Positions 41,379 through 53,830 of a DNA stretch of 64,000 nucleotides are shown in pieces. Below the pieces are notes generated by a model. It was given only the letters and a program-made list of their open reading frames with translations. It made no database searches and was not told the origin of the DNA. A program made the translations under genes and the position numbers. Source of the DNA: Trichinella spiralis (Eukaryota); NCBI RefSeq assembly GCF_000181795.1, contig NW_003526943.1, positions 3,747,228 through 3,811,227 of the forward strand, in the 5' to 3' direction. Numbering within the stretch: position 1 is the first letter of the stretch; each line of letters opens with the position of its first letter.

Positions 41379-41823
41379 TATTCATTTTGACTATATTTTG
41401 ATATGTACTTTTGTAAATAACATTTATAAAACAAATAAGTGATTATAAAATTTTGAAAACTACATACAATCTTGAAATAAAAAAAACTTAAATAGCATGT
41501 TAACAGCAAAAATAATGCTTTTTCCGAAAGCTTATCATTTTATGTTAAAAATTATATTACAAGTATATATTAATCACACTAGCAAAAAAATGTTAATAAC
41601 AATATTAAAAAAATAATTTCCAAAATGTTTATTTTGAATTCATATTGTAGGATGCAAATAAAAAACATAAATTCAGGTTCTTTTGTCTACTGTATTTTTT
41701 TCGTGTCATTTCAAAAGGGTCGATAATTCATTTAGTATTTATTTGTTCCTCTAAAACGGGGACTTTTCTTTCGTCTCTTTTTCATTCAACTTATTCTGTT
41801 GGTTTCTTGTTGGTTTTCTGGCG

Positions 41824-43109
41824 ATGTTGGTTTGGATTCTTTTATCCAATTTCTTATCGATAGAAGCATTTCAACGACTAAGCAAAAAGCAGTTAATTAT
41901 GGTCGATCATGTATTAACATGTCGTGCACATTGCGTCGATGCTTTTGCTGTTAAAATGAATCCTCATTCTGATATTTCCTGTCAGAGCAAAGTCGACTGC
42001 AAGATGTGCTGGGAGAACTGTGGAATGTTTTATCAGAAATCTGAAATTTTGAATTCGATATGTAAAGATTTAAGAATTTGTTTTTCAGGTAAATAACTTA
42101 ATAATTTATACTCTTTTTTAAAAAATTATTATAACACTATATTTTATTAGGATGCCAGATGGCTTGCTCCATATATCGCTATGATTTTCCAGTACATAAA
42201 GTTGATCAAATGGGATGGAGCTTTCTTGAGCCGTTGAAAATCATCCGTTCTCCAGAAATGGGCAAACTGGAACTTTGCTGGGATGAACCAGTTCCTCTTT
42301 TTCCCATTTCCACACTTCTTCCAAGTATGGTTTATGCACTCTTTTGGAAAACAGATCGTCGTGCAAACATATGGTTCCCTTTAAATCATACAATTGGGAA
42401 TTCGTTTATTACGAATAATCCAGATATTGTTAATTTTGGGGTTGGCTTTTTGTTACTTGCTTATACGAAAGAAGGACGAGCTGCTGTGATCGAGTTTAGC
42501 AATGACAATTTAGAAAAATTCGTGCTTGCTGTAGAAAACAAATTGCCTGTTGTAGAAGAGGGCGATTATCCTAATAATGAAGCACAGTCTGAATTTTACT
42601 TATATTTAGGTGGTGCCATATTTGCTTCAATAGTGGTAATTATTGTTGGTGCAGTGCTGATTTTACGACTGCAGGTGATTTATACTCGATTGATGTCACT
42701 GAACAAGAGAAATGCAGTTAGCTTTAAGCGACAACCGAAAACTTTAGATGAAAATCAAAATGGTGATGGGGATGTTGCTGCTTCGCAATCGACATCAATT
42801 CAAGTTGCAGATTTGAGTATGGCTGCAAAGCCGTCGAGCTGCTTAAAAAGAGCTTTTATTCCACTGTTGCCTACTTATGTGAATCTTCCACAACTTCCTT
42901 ATTACGTGAATATTCCTGCAAGTGGTTATGTGAACATATCAGGATGGCAATTTAGTCGGATTGATAATGCTAACTCTACTAGCAACTCCGCTGGAAATCA
43001 TGTTCTGGGTCCTTTGGTGAGCAATTTTCAAGCAGACAATGGAAATGAACAAATTTTGCTTTGTCCCTACAATTTGCAAAAGCAACATGAACTTTCTACT
43101 AGTGTTTGA
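41824..43109 (+). CDS. Single-pass membrane protein, paralogue B (407 aa)
   Basis: Exons 41824-42088 and 42151-43109. The intron position and the 265-nt first exon are the same as in paralogue A. Shared motifs include CRAHC, CWENCGMFY, MVYALFWKxDRRxNIWFPLNHT, EFYLYL plus TM, and QILLxPYxL. Confidence 0.85.
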
Positions 43110-43695
43110 TTACTCGATGCAATTGATTTAATTGGACATGGTCATGAAGTTTTAAGTTTGCATTATACTTAATACAGAAAGAAAACATTCGTTTGTTTGT
43201 TTCTTGCTGACGTGAACTTTCAGTTATTGTTATATGTTTCAGTGGCATTTTTTTGAACACTGAAAATATTTCTTGTTGTTATCTTTTGGTGAATTAAAAC
43301 TGTTGACATCCGCTATTTCTTTTCGATATTTGAAGACAGTTTGTTAAAATTATTGAAATTTTGTTTTTTGTATAAAAGGTTAAAGTGATATTTAAATATT
43401 ATTGAAAACTGAAAATTACTAATATATAAAAGCAATACACTTTACTTTAAAGTACTTCGAAATGACTTTTGCTTAAACTTGTATTTTGTTATTTCAATTA
43501 CTGAAGCATATTTATTATCAGTTATATGAGATAATGAATACAAAATGAACCTCTACCGTAAAAAATATCTTAAATCGCTAAAATGCAAACTTTCGCTGAA
43601 AATGAAATTAAAAAGCAATAAATTTTGATTGATTAAAATATGCAAAATATTTCATGTCGAAATTTATAATGTCGTCTCTCATTTACTAAGCATGT

Positions 43696-45151
43696 TTAAT
43701 GAGTATGCTTTGGAATGGCTTCACGTACAGAGCCATCTTTCATACCAAAGTAAGCTTTTGTAACTACATCAATAAAAAGCCCTGTTTCTACCACACCAGG
43801 AATCATAATTATTTTTTCGTTCAACTGTTTAAGCGATAAATTACCATTTACAACGCTCGGAAATTTCCAGTCTATGATAAAATTTCCATTATCAGTTACT
43901 ACGGGTCCCGCCTTTTTTAAGGCCATTCTTAAATTGCATTCACCACCGTAAGTGTTTTGAATTCGTTGCATTATTGGTTGGAAAGCAGACGGTATAACCT
44001 CTATAGGTACAAATGGCCACTGTTCGCCCAAAGAACGTGATTGCTTTCTGAAGTCAGCTATGATAAAAAATTTTTTAGCGCAACTCATAACTATCTTCTC
44101 TTGAGTTAAACAACCGCCACCACCCTAAAAAAATTTATAAATTAAATAAACTACTTTACATGAACTAACTGCTTTCTTTTACAAAAGAAAATGCTCATTG
44201 TTTATACATTAAATCTTACTTTAATGCAGTTCAAATTTTCATCCACTTCATCAGCGCCGTCTATACAAATATCCAAGCATGGACACTGTTGAAGATCTCC
44301 CAAGGGCAGTTTATTGTTTATAATAAGCTGCATTGCTTGAAATGATGATGGAACGCAGATAATATCTTTTATTGAACCATTTTTGTAAAGACTTCCAAGT
44401 TGGTTTACCGCATAAACAACTGTTGATCCGCTTCCAATTCCAATTTTTTGTCCACTCTAATTGAATTATCAAATAAATTTTTTATAACTTCCTTTATATC
44501 TTTTTAAAATTAACTAGCTGTTTAACAAGTTTCGTGTATTATATAATTAATATTATGTTTGATCATAATGTCCATGTACTTTGAAAAGTATTTATGCACT
44601 TAGTGAAGATTTTCAAGTGGATCAAAAACTTCAGAAATGTTAATCAATTATATATAAAAATAATTTTCAACTCTTTATTATTACTTTACATTAAATTCCT
44701 TTTTATTTCAGTTCTTATCAAAATTTAAGTTGATTTTTTCGCAACTGCAAGAGTTGTGTAACAATAATAGAATTATTTTTCTAAATGTTCCAAAAGAATA
44801 TCGGTTCCTTTTGTTTTTGTATGCCATTTGTAAAATGTAAAAAGTAGAAAATAACTAATAGTAATGAACAGCAGCTATTTTGCTTATATTACCTTTTACT
44901 TTTCTGACAATTATTAAATAAGCTTATTAATAAATGATAATAAATTTATAATAAATTGATAATTCTTTTATTGTTTAAACATTAGATCAGTAAAAATAGA
45001 GCTTCTTAAATTTAGCATTCCAAAGGCAACTATCATTTTGGATAAGCAAAAGCAGTTGTCTAATTACTTCAACGTTCGCCCGCACACAGATAACAGCGGC
45101 CAAGTTTTTAGCCTCTTCCAGCTGTAGTTCAGCTTCGTTATGCTGCTGCAT
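43696..45151 (-). CDS. rpia-1: Ribose-5-phosphate isomerase A
   Basis: Exons 45151-45068, 44456-44220 and 44124-43696. Motifs: [58 protein letters not shown]. An additional upstream exon is possible. Confidence 0.95.
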
Positions 45152-46172
45152 TGATTTTGCAGTTCTTATTGCAGCGATAGCTTCCTTCTAAAATTCAGTA
45201 CCTACTTTATTTAAATTATTTACAAAAATGAAAAAAAAAAGAAGAACAAAATGCAAACTTTGAAATGCTGAAGTATTCAAACAACATGAATAGTAAAATT
45301 GAATTTCGTCTCGTCAAATGATGTTGAAAATTTGGAGCATGAAATGTGCTCTCGCTGAACGCAAGGCTTGCTGGAAAAAGAACTGACAGCTAAACTAGTC
45401 ATAAATGCTTTGAATTTACCTGGTTTGCGGATGCAATTAATTCTGCACTTGGCAAATTGCTGCTTGTTTCAATAGTTTTCTAGTTCTGTCAGAATGATTA
45501 TGAATTTTTATTGATCATGCTTTCCAAAATGCATATCAGAAAAGTAAATAACTAGTCGCATCGTAAAATGCTGAAAATGTTGAAATCATTTTCCAGTATT
45601 CAAGTGGAACAATCAGTTAACCTGTGCAAAGTTTTATCGCAGTCATGCGTTACTTCCAAGTTGCTTCATTTCGTCCACTAGTAGTACTTGCATAAAAATC
45701 AATATACTTAAATGTACTTGATTATCATTTAAATTACAGATATTAATTTATAATAAAATTTCTGCAAGCATTAAAGAGTTAATTTAAAGTGTTGAAAATT
45801 TTATAGTTTTATAACCAATTAAAAATAATGATTCTGATATAAAAAATTGTATTTTGAATTACAATTTAGTAGACTTTAAGTTCTCAGAAAAATGTAAAAG
45901 CCACTTGATAAACCACGTTAATGCTTTATGAGCTTACTTTAAAAAATAAAATATAATTCTATTAATTTTAATAATTAATAAATTAAATTTTAACGAGAGT
46001 TAATTTCATTTGGTTGTTGCTGTTGAAGTTTTCTTTATTCTAAATAAACAGTTCCTGACAAGTGCTCCTTCATGATATTACATTAATGAGAAGTTCAGTT
46101 TATATTTCGATAACAACATTTTCTTCCACGAGAATGATAAGCATATGAAACTGAATCATAAATTCAATTTCA

Positions 46173-48050
46173 TCATTGGTTATCGGTGATGGAGCCGTAC
46201 AAATTGAACAGCTTCGCTACTTCGCTAAAGTCGTGATGTTCAGCTCCTTCCTGCAACAGTTTCCGGGCAATTGGCATTCGATTGAATACATTCCAAAGAA
46301 GGATGCCGACGATCCGCTTGCCACGCAAATAGAACACCACTCCTTTTCCATAATCGTCGTCGGTTGATGTTTGCGATTGATTAACAGTATCGACTTCTGC
46401 TGATTTAGCCGGAGGCACTTCCAGCGCAGCAGCAGCTTCAGTTTCTGAGCGGATGCTGTGACCTGTTGCCTCGACCACCGCTTTTGGAGTGTCTTCTTGG
46501 CTAGCTTTTGCAAAAATGGCGACCGTGGGCAGGCTGGAGTCGACCAAGCCGATCGCCTCATAGCCAACATCCGGGCCCAAGTCAGACCAGAACATCGACT
46601 GATGAGTGTACGCTTTGGCGGAACCAGTCATGTTCTCGCCAGCCAGACGTCCGCTGACCACTGCGTGGTCGTGGTGCTCAACTCGACGACGGCCCAACTT
46701 CACGTCGTAAAAGCTGCAGCAATCACCAGCAACCCATATATCACTGCGACATCTCAGCTCAGCGTCACAAAGGAAACCGCCGAGCTGTGGATCCAGCTCA
46801 AGTTCAGAACTTTCAGCCAGTTCAACATTCGGTTCCAAACCAACCGCCACCACTACGTGGTCTGCGGTTATGGTCTGACCGTCGAGAAGTTGTATTTTCA
46901 CCTGACCGTGGCGGTCCAACTCGGCACCGGTGATTGTCGCTCCGGCCGTAGTCTTCACGCCCAGTTCGTTCATTTTCTTCGTCGACCACTGGCTCAAGTA
47001 TTCAGGCAACACTTTGGCCATGCATCCGGATTCAGGAAACAACTGAAGCACTGTCAAGCCGGACGTCGCACCGCGCTTGGCCAACGCGCAGGCCAGTTCG
47101 CAGCCCAAAAAGCCACCACCGACGACAGCCACCGTTGCCGACGGCTTGCGTTCAAGCACAGCTTCCAAATTCAAAAAATCATCTACCCCCCTGAACAAAG
47201 TGACATGCCCATTACAAATGTGCTCAAAAGCGGGCAACTGCTTCGGCCGACCGCCAGTGGCAATCAAGCACTTCTCATAGACGATCCGCTGACCGTCGGC
47301 TAGTTCGGCCACGTGTTCGGCTGGTCGCAAACGAACCACCCTAGAATTCTTCAAAACTGACACGCCCCCGTGTTCAGTAGCCTCAAGCTGCAAAGGCTCG
47401 ACGAAGAACTGCTCGTGTTCGAAGAAGATGGTCCTTTCGCGACCGTTCCACTGCTTGAAACGCAAACGACGTGCCAGGGTCCGGTCGTTGTCGAACCACA
47501 GTTCCTTGGAAAGCGGTGGTCTCATGTACGGAATGTACGACTCATCGGTAACGATCAACACCCGCGCCTCTTCGTCCAGACCACGGATCGCCCGGGCGGC
47601 GGAGAAGCTAGCCGTCCCGCCGCCAACCAGTAGATAACGTACCTGTGAAGGCGCCCGGGGTCCGGCTGCACGGCTGGCGTCGCCTTTCCAAGTCCGCCAG
47701 CCTTGGTAAATATCCAACAATTCATTCTTGTAATAATAACAACAAGCTATTGAGCCAACCGCGATCACCACAGCAGATCCAAATCCAAAAGCACGTTTCC
47801 ATGAAAATCGGTAGTCCAACGGTGGAGAATGCTGGTTTCCCGGCATATCTCCGAGTGCCGGTATCAAAGGTTTCGACCTCGAGGTCTCGTTCGGTGTTTC
47901 TGATGACGCTTTTGAAGAGCACAACAATCGATTGCCCTTTCTGACCGTGCATAATACGTCAATCCGCCCGCACACTGCCTGCACTATACCAGCTGGCCGA
48001 TGATACTGCCGACAAAAATATCTTGCAAAGCAGACACTTGGTCCAGACAT
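46173..48050 (-). CDS. AIFM1: Apoptosis-inducing factor (AIFM1/WAH-1-like) mitochondrial flavoprotein, intronless, 625 aa
   Basis: Motifs: LLVGGGTAS, PYMRPPLSKELWF, FKQWNGRER, CLIATGG, GGGFLGCEL, RRRVEHHDHAVVSGRLAGENM, HQSMFWSDLGP, YGKGVVFYL. It has an Arg-rich N-terminal presequence followed by a TM segment. ATG at 48050. Confidence 0.96.
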   Translation of the reverse strand: MSGPSVCFARYFCRQYHRPAGIVQAVCGRIDVLCTVRKGNRLLCSSKASSETPNETSRSKPLIPALGDMPGNQHSPPLDYRFSWKRAFGFGSAVVIAVGSIACCYYYKNELLDIYQGWRTWKGDASRAAGPRAPSQVRYLLVGGGTASFSAARAIRGLDEEARVLIVTDESYIPYMRPPLSKELWFDNDRTLARRLRFKQWNGRERTIFFEHEQFFVEPLQLEATEHGGVSVLKNSRVVRLRPAEHVAELADGQRIVYEKCLIATGGRPKQLPAFEHICNGHVTLFRGVDDFLNLEAVLERKPSATVAVVGGGFLGCELACALAKRGATSGLTVLQLFPESGCMAKVLPEYLSQWSTKKMNELGVKTTAGATITGAELDRHGQVKIQLLDGQTITADHVVVAVGLEPNVELAESSELELDPQLGGFLCDAELRCRSDIWVAGDCCSFYDVKLGRRRVEHHDHAVVSGRLAGENMTGSAKAYTHQSMFWSDLGPDVGYEAIGLVDSSLPTVAIFAKASQEDTPKAVVEATGHSIRSETEAAAALEVPPAKSAEVDTVNQSQTSTDDDYGKGVVFYLRGKRIVGILLWNVFNRMPIARKLLQEGAEHHDFSEVAKLFNLYGSITDNQ

Positions 48051-51000
48051 TCTAAAAATCACTGCCCTGAAATTCTCATACTTTTACTATTGATCCACAA
48101 CAAATTCACTCACAGTGGCCAAGAAAAAACAAAAATCTGCTTTATTCAAAATAACAAATGCAATCATCACCATGTTAAAAGGCAATTTCAAAACATTTGA
48201 TGTTGATGATGAAACAAGATCCGACAAAACAAAAATGCTAATGACAATTTTGAAATGTTTATTAAAAGAAGCATCTCATTTCCAGTAAACTGAATGCAGC
48301 AGAACATATTTTCAATGGTAATTATTTGTGAACAAATACACGTTCAAAAAATTATTTCCTTACTATAATTCTTTTATTTCATTACGACTTTTATAAAACA
48401 TATGAACAATTTCTTTTTGATATTTCAATTATGATTGCACTGTGAGAGAGTAAAACATTTGATACGACTAGTATTTACAAAAATAAAAAAATCCAACAAT
48501 TTAGAATCTTTGAGGGTTGATTGTCATCAAAATGTAAAACTATTAGCATTACAGATAATGTAAATATTAACTTTAACCAGTGAAAACTTTACTTCCAAAG
48601 CACTTTTTGAGTTCACAGGAAAATTATGCTTACTTTTCATCTTACAGTACAATCAAATCACACTATTTTCAAAAAGAATTTTCACTTCTTTTAATATTTA
48701 AGTTTTTGCACAACATTTACAGTTTCCTTAAAAAAATAATGTTTCACACTTTATACTGTGAGAGATAAACTGCACAGCAAATGAAAAGTATATCTGATAA
48801 CAAAAACATCAACAGAGATACAAGCATCGTAAAACGTAAAAAGCAGTAAGTTGAGGAATAAAATTACTGAAGTATAAACAACCTATATCGTTGTACAAAT
48901 ATCGAAAAGATTAGAAAAGTCAATCATTCATGACTTTTTAAACAAAACTTACACCATTGTTTATATACGACAAAGTATTATAAAAATAATCAAATTTTAA
49001 AAACCTTATTAGAGAAAATTTTATTGGAGTTTATGAATCTGACAAAATTTCAAACATTGCTGTTACAAATTAGACAAAACATTCAAAAATAATGAAATGG
49101 AATGTTTCACATAATCTCACAATGGCAAAAAGGAATTCAAAAGAGATGGAAGAGAGTTTAAGAAATAAAATTAAATCATTACTGTTACCTTTTTAAATGT
49201 AAATGTATATATAAAATTTATTGTTAAATGCTTCACTTATGATCTTCATTAATAGAAACTTTATTCAAAAACAACAGAATCAAGTTGATTCGAGTTAAAT
49301 GAATCTTTTCTGATAAAATTTCGATAAACCATTCGAAACAGGAACTACGTAAAAATAACTTACAGTATGAAATGCACTAGCAATATTTATGCAAATTTTT
49401 ATGCATTGAAATATTTATTTGTCCAATGGAAATATACGTAGCGTGTCTCAAAAATACTCTTTTCAGGAAATTTTTATCTCTTCGTATTTACCTAAATGCA
49501 CAGTGGATTAACACCTCAATCACCTAAACAAATATCCGAATTTTAATTAAGATTTAACTTTTACAGTTTTTTTTTCATTTAGCTTAAAACTGAAATGTAA
49601 ATTTTTCATAAATGAATTTTAAAAGAAAATTACTTTCAACAGTAATAAAGAAAAAAATGCAACAACGCAATGTTAGATTTCATCAAAGTAAATTGTGATA
49701 CAGTTCTTCAAAAACATATAATTGCCATACTGCGAATGAGCTTCTGCCTTTAAAGGAATCAATCACGTAGAACTGCACATGTTTGTAGCATATTAATATA
49801 TTTTAAGTGATTTTACATTTGAGCAGTTATGTGCAACTTGCGAGCACTTAGAAGACAATGAACATCGTAAAATAAACTTTTAAGAACAAGAATAAATCAC
49901 TCGTGCTTTACTTAGGAAACTAAATTGTTTAATATTACGTTTACAATCAATGCAATATAGTAATTCTATACTTCACTTGATAAATACAATCAGGTTCGAG
50001 TAAACTGTTAATTAATTAACGGTTGATGAAACCGAATCGGCCTGGTTCAATCTGTAGGTTGTACAGCTCCCTCATGGGATTTGCGTTTGTTCAACGACTG
50101 GGAACTGTTGATATCAACTATATCCAGTTACATACGGTGTGACTGAAATTCTAACAGATTTTCTGAATGTAAAGCCTTTCGAACGCTCTTTCATGAAAGA
50201 AAATAATTCATTTGGCTAAGAACAATTATGTTACAAAAAACCCGTATATTTATTATTTCCAAATGTAGCACTCGAATACTGTGCAGTTTTGATTCGTAGG
50301 TTCCTGCCATTATTAGAAAAATTAAAACAAATAAAGTCCAAAATGTTAAATTGTGGCTATAAAATGAAAAAGTAAATTAATTAAAGAAATTAAAATTGTT
50401 AATATCTTAAAATCTTTAATTCAAAATTTATTCGGAATGAAAAGTTGTCATTTAACTGTATCAAAATTTTTGAATATGCTATAAATAATAAACTCATTTG
50501 TAAAAATTGCAAAAATCAAAAGATTATTTTAATTTTATATTAAAAATAAATTAATTAAAACAAAAAAATGTACATAAAAAAATTAATGAGAATATACATA
50601 GCAAATATAATTCAGAACTGTAATTTTACTGTAATTATTTTTATTATTTGATTTAAAATTCTTCTTTTTAATTTAAGAATTATTTTACATTGTTTTATTA
50701 TAAATATTTGATTAAATACATCTCTACAGAATTTTGAAGTTCATTCATTATATAGGTCAATGCAAACGTACTTGCAAATCATTACACCGTCTGCTGAAGT
50801 GTTATTCATCAGTGCTTGTTTCCGTGTAAAGTTTGTTGGTGAGTTTGCTCTTGTGGCTATGTTAAGTATTAAAATTTTTGTTAAGTTTTCTGATTATTTA
50901 ACATTTACTTTTCAGTTTCTTTAATTTTAGCTTATTGTATTGCTGCTAATCTGAACTGAGTGACTTGTTCTTTTGGTTTAAGCTTAGAAACGGCATACAG

Positions 51001-51249
51001 TTTAACCGTTAACTATCATATAGAATGCATGAATTGATTTTATAATGTTAGATGAGTTTTTCTTTCTTATGAAAATATATAAATCGAAGCAAGTTTCACC
51101 TTTCTTATCAAATCATCAAATTATGCCGTACATTTCCTCGTTTTGTTGTCCGCGTTTTAGTAATTAAGTTGCCTCTTATAAGTAATAAGTAGTCATAGTA
51201 GGAAAATCACTGTTCTTTCACATATACTTGGTATTTCAGATTGTGTACA

Positions 51250-52269
51250 ATGCTTGAAAATTCAATGGCTGATTCTGATACCGAAGATTCTGTTAAAGTG
51301 GAAGACATAAGCGAGCTTCTGTCAAACTATGTTGCTGATCAGCATTTCCGCGAATTAGCATCATTGCCGCAGTGTGTTCTGAAGCGAGTGAACGCTTTGA
51401 AACGTTTGCAGCTGGAAATGTTGAAGAATGATGTTGATTTTCAAAAGTCTATGTTGGATTTGGAATACCATTTTAGTGCTTTACAAGCACCACTACGAGA
51501 GAAACGGCGTCAAATTATTACTGGAGAATACGAGCCAGATGAGGCGGAAACAGAACTTGTTGAAAATGATGAATTCCTGAGATCGTTTAATGTGGTTCGT
51601 GAAACAATACTGAAGAAAAGTCCAGAATTGCGAGAAATGGTTACTGCCGACGTCAAAGGAGTTCCAGATTTTTGGGCAACTGTATTGAGAAATGGAGAGT
51701 TCACTGGGGAATTGGTCAATCCGAACGATGAGATACTTCTTAAGAGTTTGACTAACATCGAAGTGAGGTACAGTAAAGATCCTGAAGGATTTTCACTTCA
51801 CTTTTTCTTTGATGAAAATGACTATTTCACCAATACTGAATTGACAAAACATTATGTAACAACGACTGAAATGAGAAAAAAGAACCCATTTGATTATGAC
51901 GGTACTCGCATCATTGGTCGAAAAGGATGCAAAATCGATTGGAAACCTGGAAAGAACTTGACAGTGAAATTGGTTAAAAAGCGAAGGAAAGGCAAGACTG
52001 GAAACTGCTTTGTTCCGAAGGAGATTACTGTTAGTTCTTTCTTTAATTTTTTTGATCCGAAGTATGATGCTGACGATATTACTGAAGCTGATGAAGAGCA
52101 GAAAGACTATTTACTGGAAGACATAGAAGTAGCAGAGGTAATCCGTGACCAGTTGGTACCAAATGCAGTTTTGTTTTTTACTGGCGAAGCAGCAGACCAA
52201 GATGATTTTGATGATGAAGAAACAGCAGATTTTGATAAATCCGAAACTGAAACTGATGAAGAGTATTGA
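51250..52269 (+). CDS. Nucleosome assembly protein 1 (NAP1)-like histone chaperone, intronless CDS
   Basis: Motifs: LPQCVLKRVNALKRLQ, EKRRQIITGEYEP, KGVPDFWATVL, NDYFTNTELTKHY, GCKIDWKPGKNLT, SFFNFF, AVLFFTGEA, then an acidic tail. TTTCAG lies at 51234-51239, just before the ATG at 51250. Confidence 0.93.
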   Translation: MLENSMADSDTEDSVKVEDISELLSNYVADQHFRELASLPQCVLKRVNALKRLQLEMLKNDVDFQKSMLDLEYHFSALQAPLREKRRQIITGEYEPDEAETELVENDEFLRSFNVVRETILKKSPELREMVTADVKGVPDFWATVLRNGEFTGELVNPNDEILLKSLTNIEVRYSKDPEGFSLHFFFDENDYFTNTELTKHYVTTTEMRKKNPFDYDGTRIIGRKGCKIDWKPGKNLTVKLVKKRRKGKTGNCFVPKEITVSSFFNFFDPKYDADDITEADEEQKDYLLEDIEVAEVIRDQLVPNAVLFFTGEAADQDDFDDEETADFDKSETETDEEY

Positions 52270-53424
52270 CCGGTCATTGATTAGATGAACTATTATTGAA
52301 ATAAAAGATGAACTTGGAAATTGAGCTTTGATTTTGTTCATAAATGGTACTTCATATAAAAATTAATGGGTATCTAGTAGAAGTAAAAATTTTTTGAAAA
52401 ATTTAGCAATTTGGGAACATTTTTTAATTTAAACAGTTATTATGTAAAAGAATATGCGAGTTAAATCAGCAGTAAATGATTTTCATACTTAACAACTTTT
52501 TGTTAGCACTTATAGGAAGCAATGGGATGCTAAAATTGTGAAAATCTGTGAATAATTTTTTAATGTTTTTTTTTATTTTATGCAAAAATGAAAAAAAATA
52601 ACATTTGTAGGGATTAAGAAAATATATGAATGTATCTAAAATACTGTCCAGAATATATAAAATTTTTAAGTTTCTCAAAGTTCTAATATAAGGAAAATCT
52701 TACTGTAATTAAAAATTCAAGTTCTATTTTAGGATGTTGCAGCAAGTGTCAAGTTTTCGATTTATTCTTCTGACTGATGAAAAACATTTAATGAATTTTT
52801 TTATCTTATTGGCTTAAAATTATTTTTGTGTGATTATTTCAGAGAAAGATAATTCTTATTAATGTTAGTATCTTTGTTTATTAGCATATGACATTTGAAA
52901 TTTTATTGCTTACATTGCTATAATATTTTATTTTAAATCTGTATAAATTTATAAATAATTTTTTTCAAAAAATCAAAATTTTAAGAATAATTTTATTTTT
53001 TATAGTTTCAATTGTGTTTAAATTAAAAAAAAGTCGAATTTGTTTTATATAAACAAAATGATTTAACTGGGGCTAAAGAAAAACCAGTAACACAATGGTA
53101 CAAAAATCCAAAATAACGATCTCAACGATGAGTAAGAAAACGCGGTGAAAATTTGGACCGAACTGGACGAAATCACTTATTGTGAGCTTTGAGAAAATGT
53201 AAAACCTCTTTTGACGTCATTTGGCTTATGAAGATCATGTTCAGCAGAATATGATTAACTTGTAATTTTAAATTCCTAAAAAATAATCTAAAAAATAATA
53301 TTGGATGAATAAACAAAATAAAGCAAACAGACGGCAGCAACCATCTCCGTTTTCTGTGAGTCATAGAGAGTTATGAAGATTCAAACAAAAATTTGTTGCA
53401 TGAAACTAATTTAAACGGCTCTAG

Positions 53425-53474
53425 AACGCTATTTTTTCAGGAACAGACCAAGAGCGTTAAGCGGGGTATGCCTG
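53425..53474 (+). mobile_element. Solo right end of the 220-985 element family
   Basis: CGCTATTTTTTCAGGAACAGACCAAGAGCGTTAAGCGGGGTATGCCTG|TA is near-identical to about 938-985. Confidence 0.85.
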
Positions 53475-53718
53475 TATTACATAAATAATTATTAATTATG
53501 GATATATAATTTTATATGAATTTGTTTATTTATTAATTTAAATTCATTAAATGGAAATATTTTAAATTATTTATTCTATAACGAATTATTTTTTCATTAT
53601 AATGTTAAATGATATTTTTGAAATGCTGACGAACAATTTAAACCCTCTGAAAAATTGTTGAAGCTATCTACATTTCTTGGATTCTTTTGATCTAAATAAA
53701 TAGCTGAGCACTAAAAAA

Positions 53719-53830
53719 GTAGAAGCACGCATCAACGACCTTCCTTTAATTCTCATTAGCAACGAAGCAAACGAAGAGATGGCGTTGATCCCCAATCTCT
53801 TCCTAATCAGCCGCAATCCGACTTCCAAAA
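53719..53830 (+). mobile_element. BEL/Pao LTR-retrotransposon integrase-region fragment
   Basis: Translates as VEARINDLPLILISNEANEEMALIPNLFLISR, resembling the BEL/Pao pattern vEa.lN.RPL......d...LTP.hFL.gr. Confidence 0.55.

Noticed and set aside
46458..47303. 281-aa plus-strand ORF and other ORFs overlapping AIF
   Set aside because: These are antisense or alternate-frame shadows of a GC-rich CDS, with no recognisable motifs.
46173..48050. AIF as a bacterial horizontal transfer (intronless, GC-rich)
   Set aside because: It has the animal AIFM1-type C-terminal insertion (DTPKAVVEATGHSIRSETE...YGKGVVFYL), a presequence and a TM segment.
43696..48050. AIF-RPIA as a nematode operon
   Set aside because: They are co-oriented but about 1 kb apart, and sequence alone cannot show polycistronic transcription.
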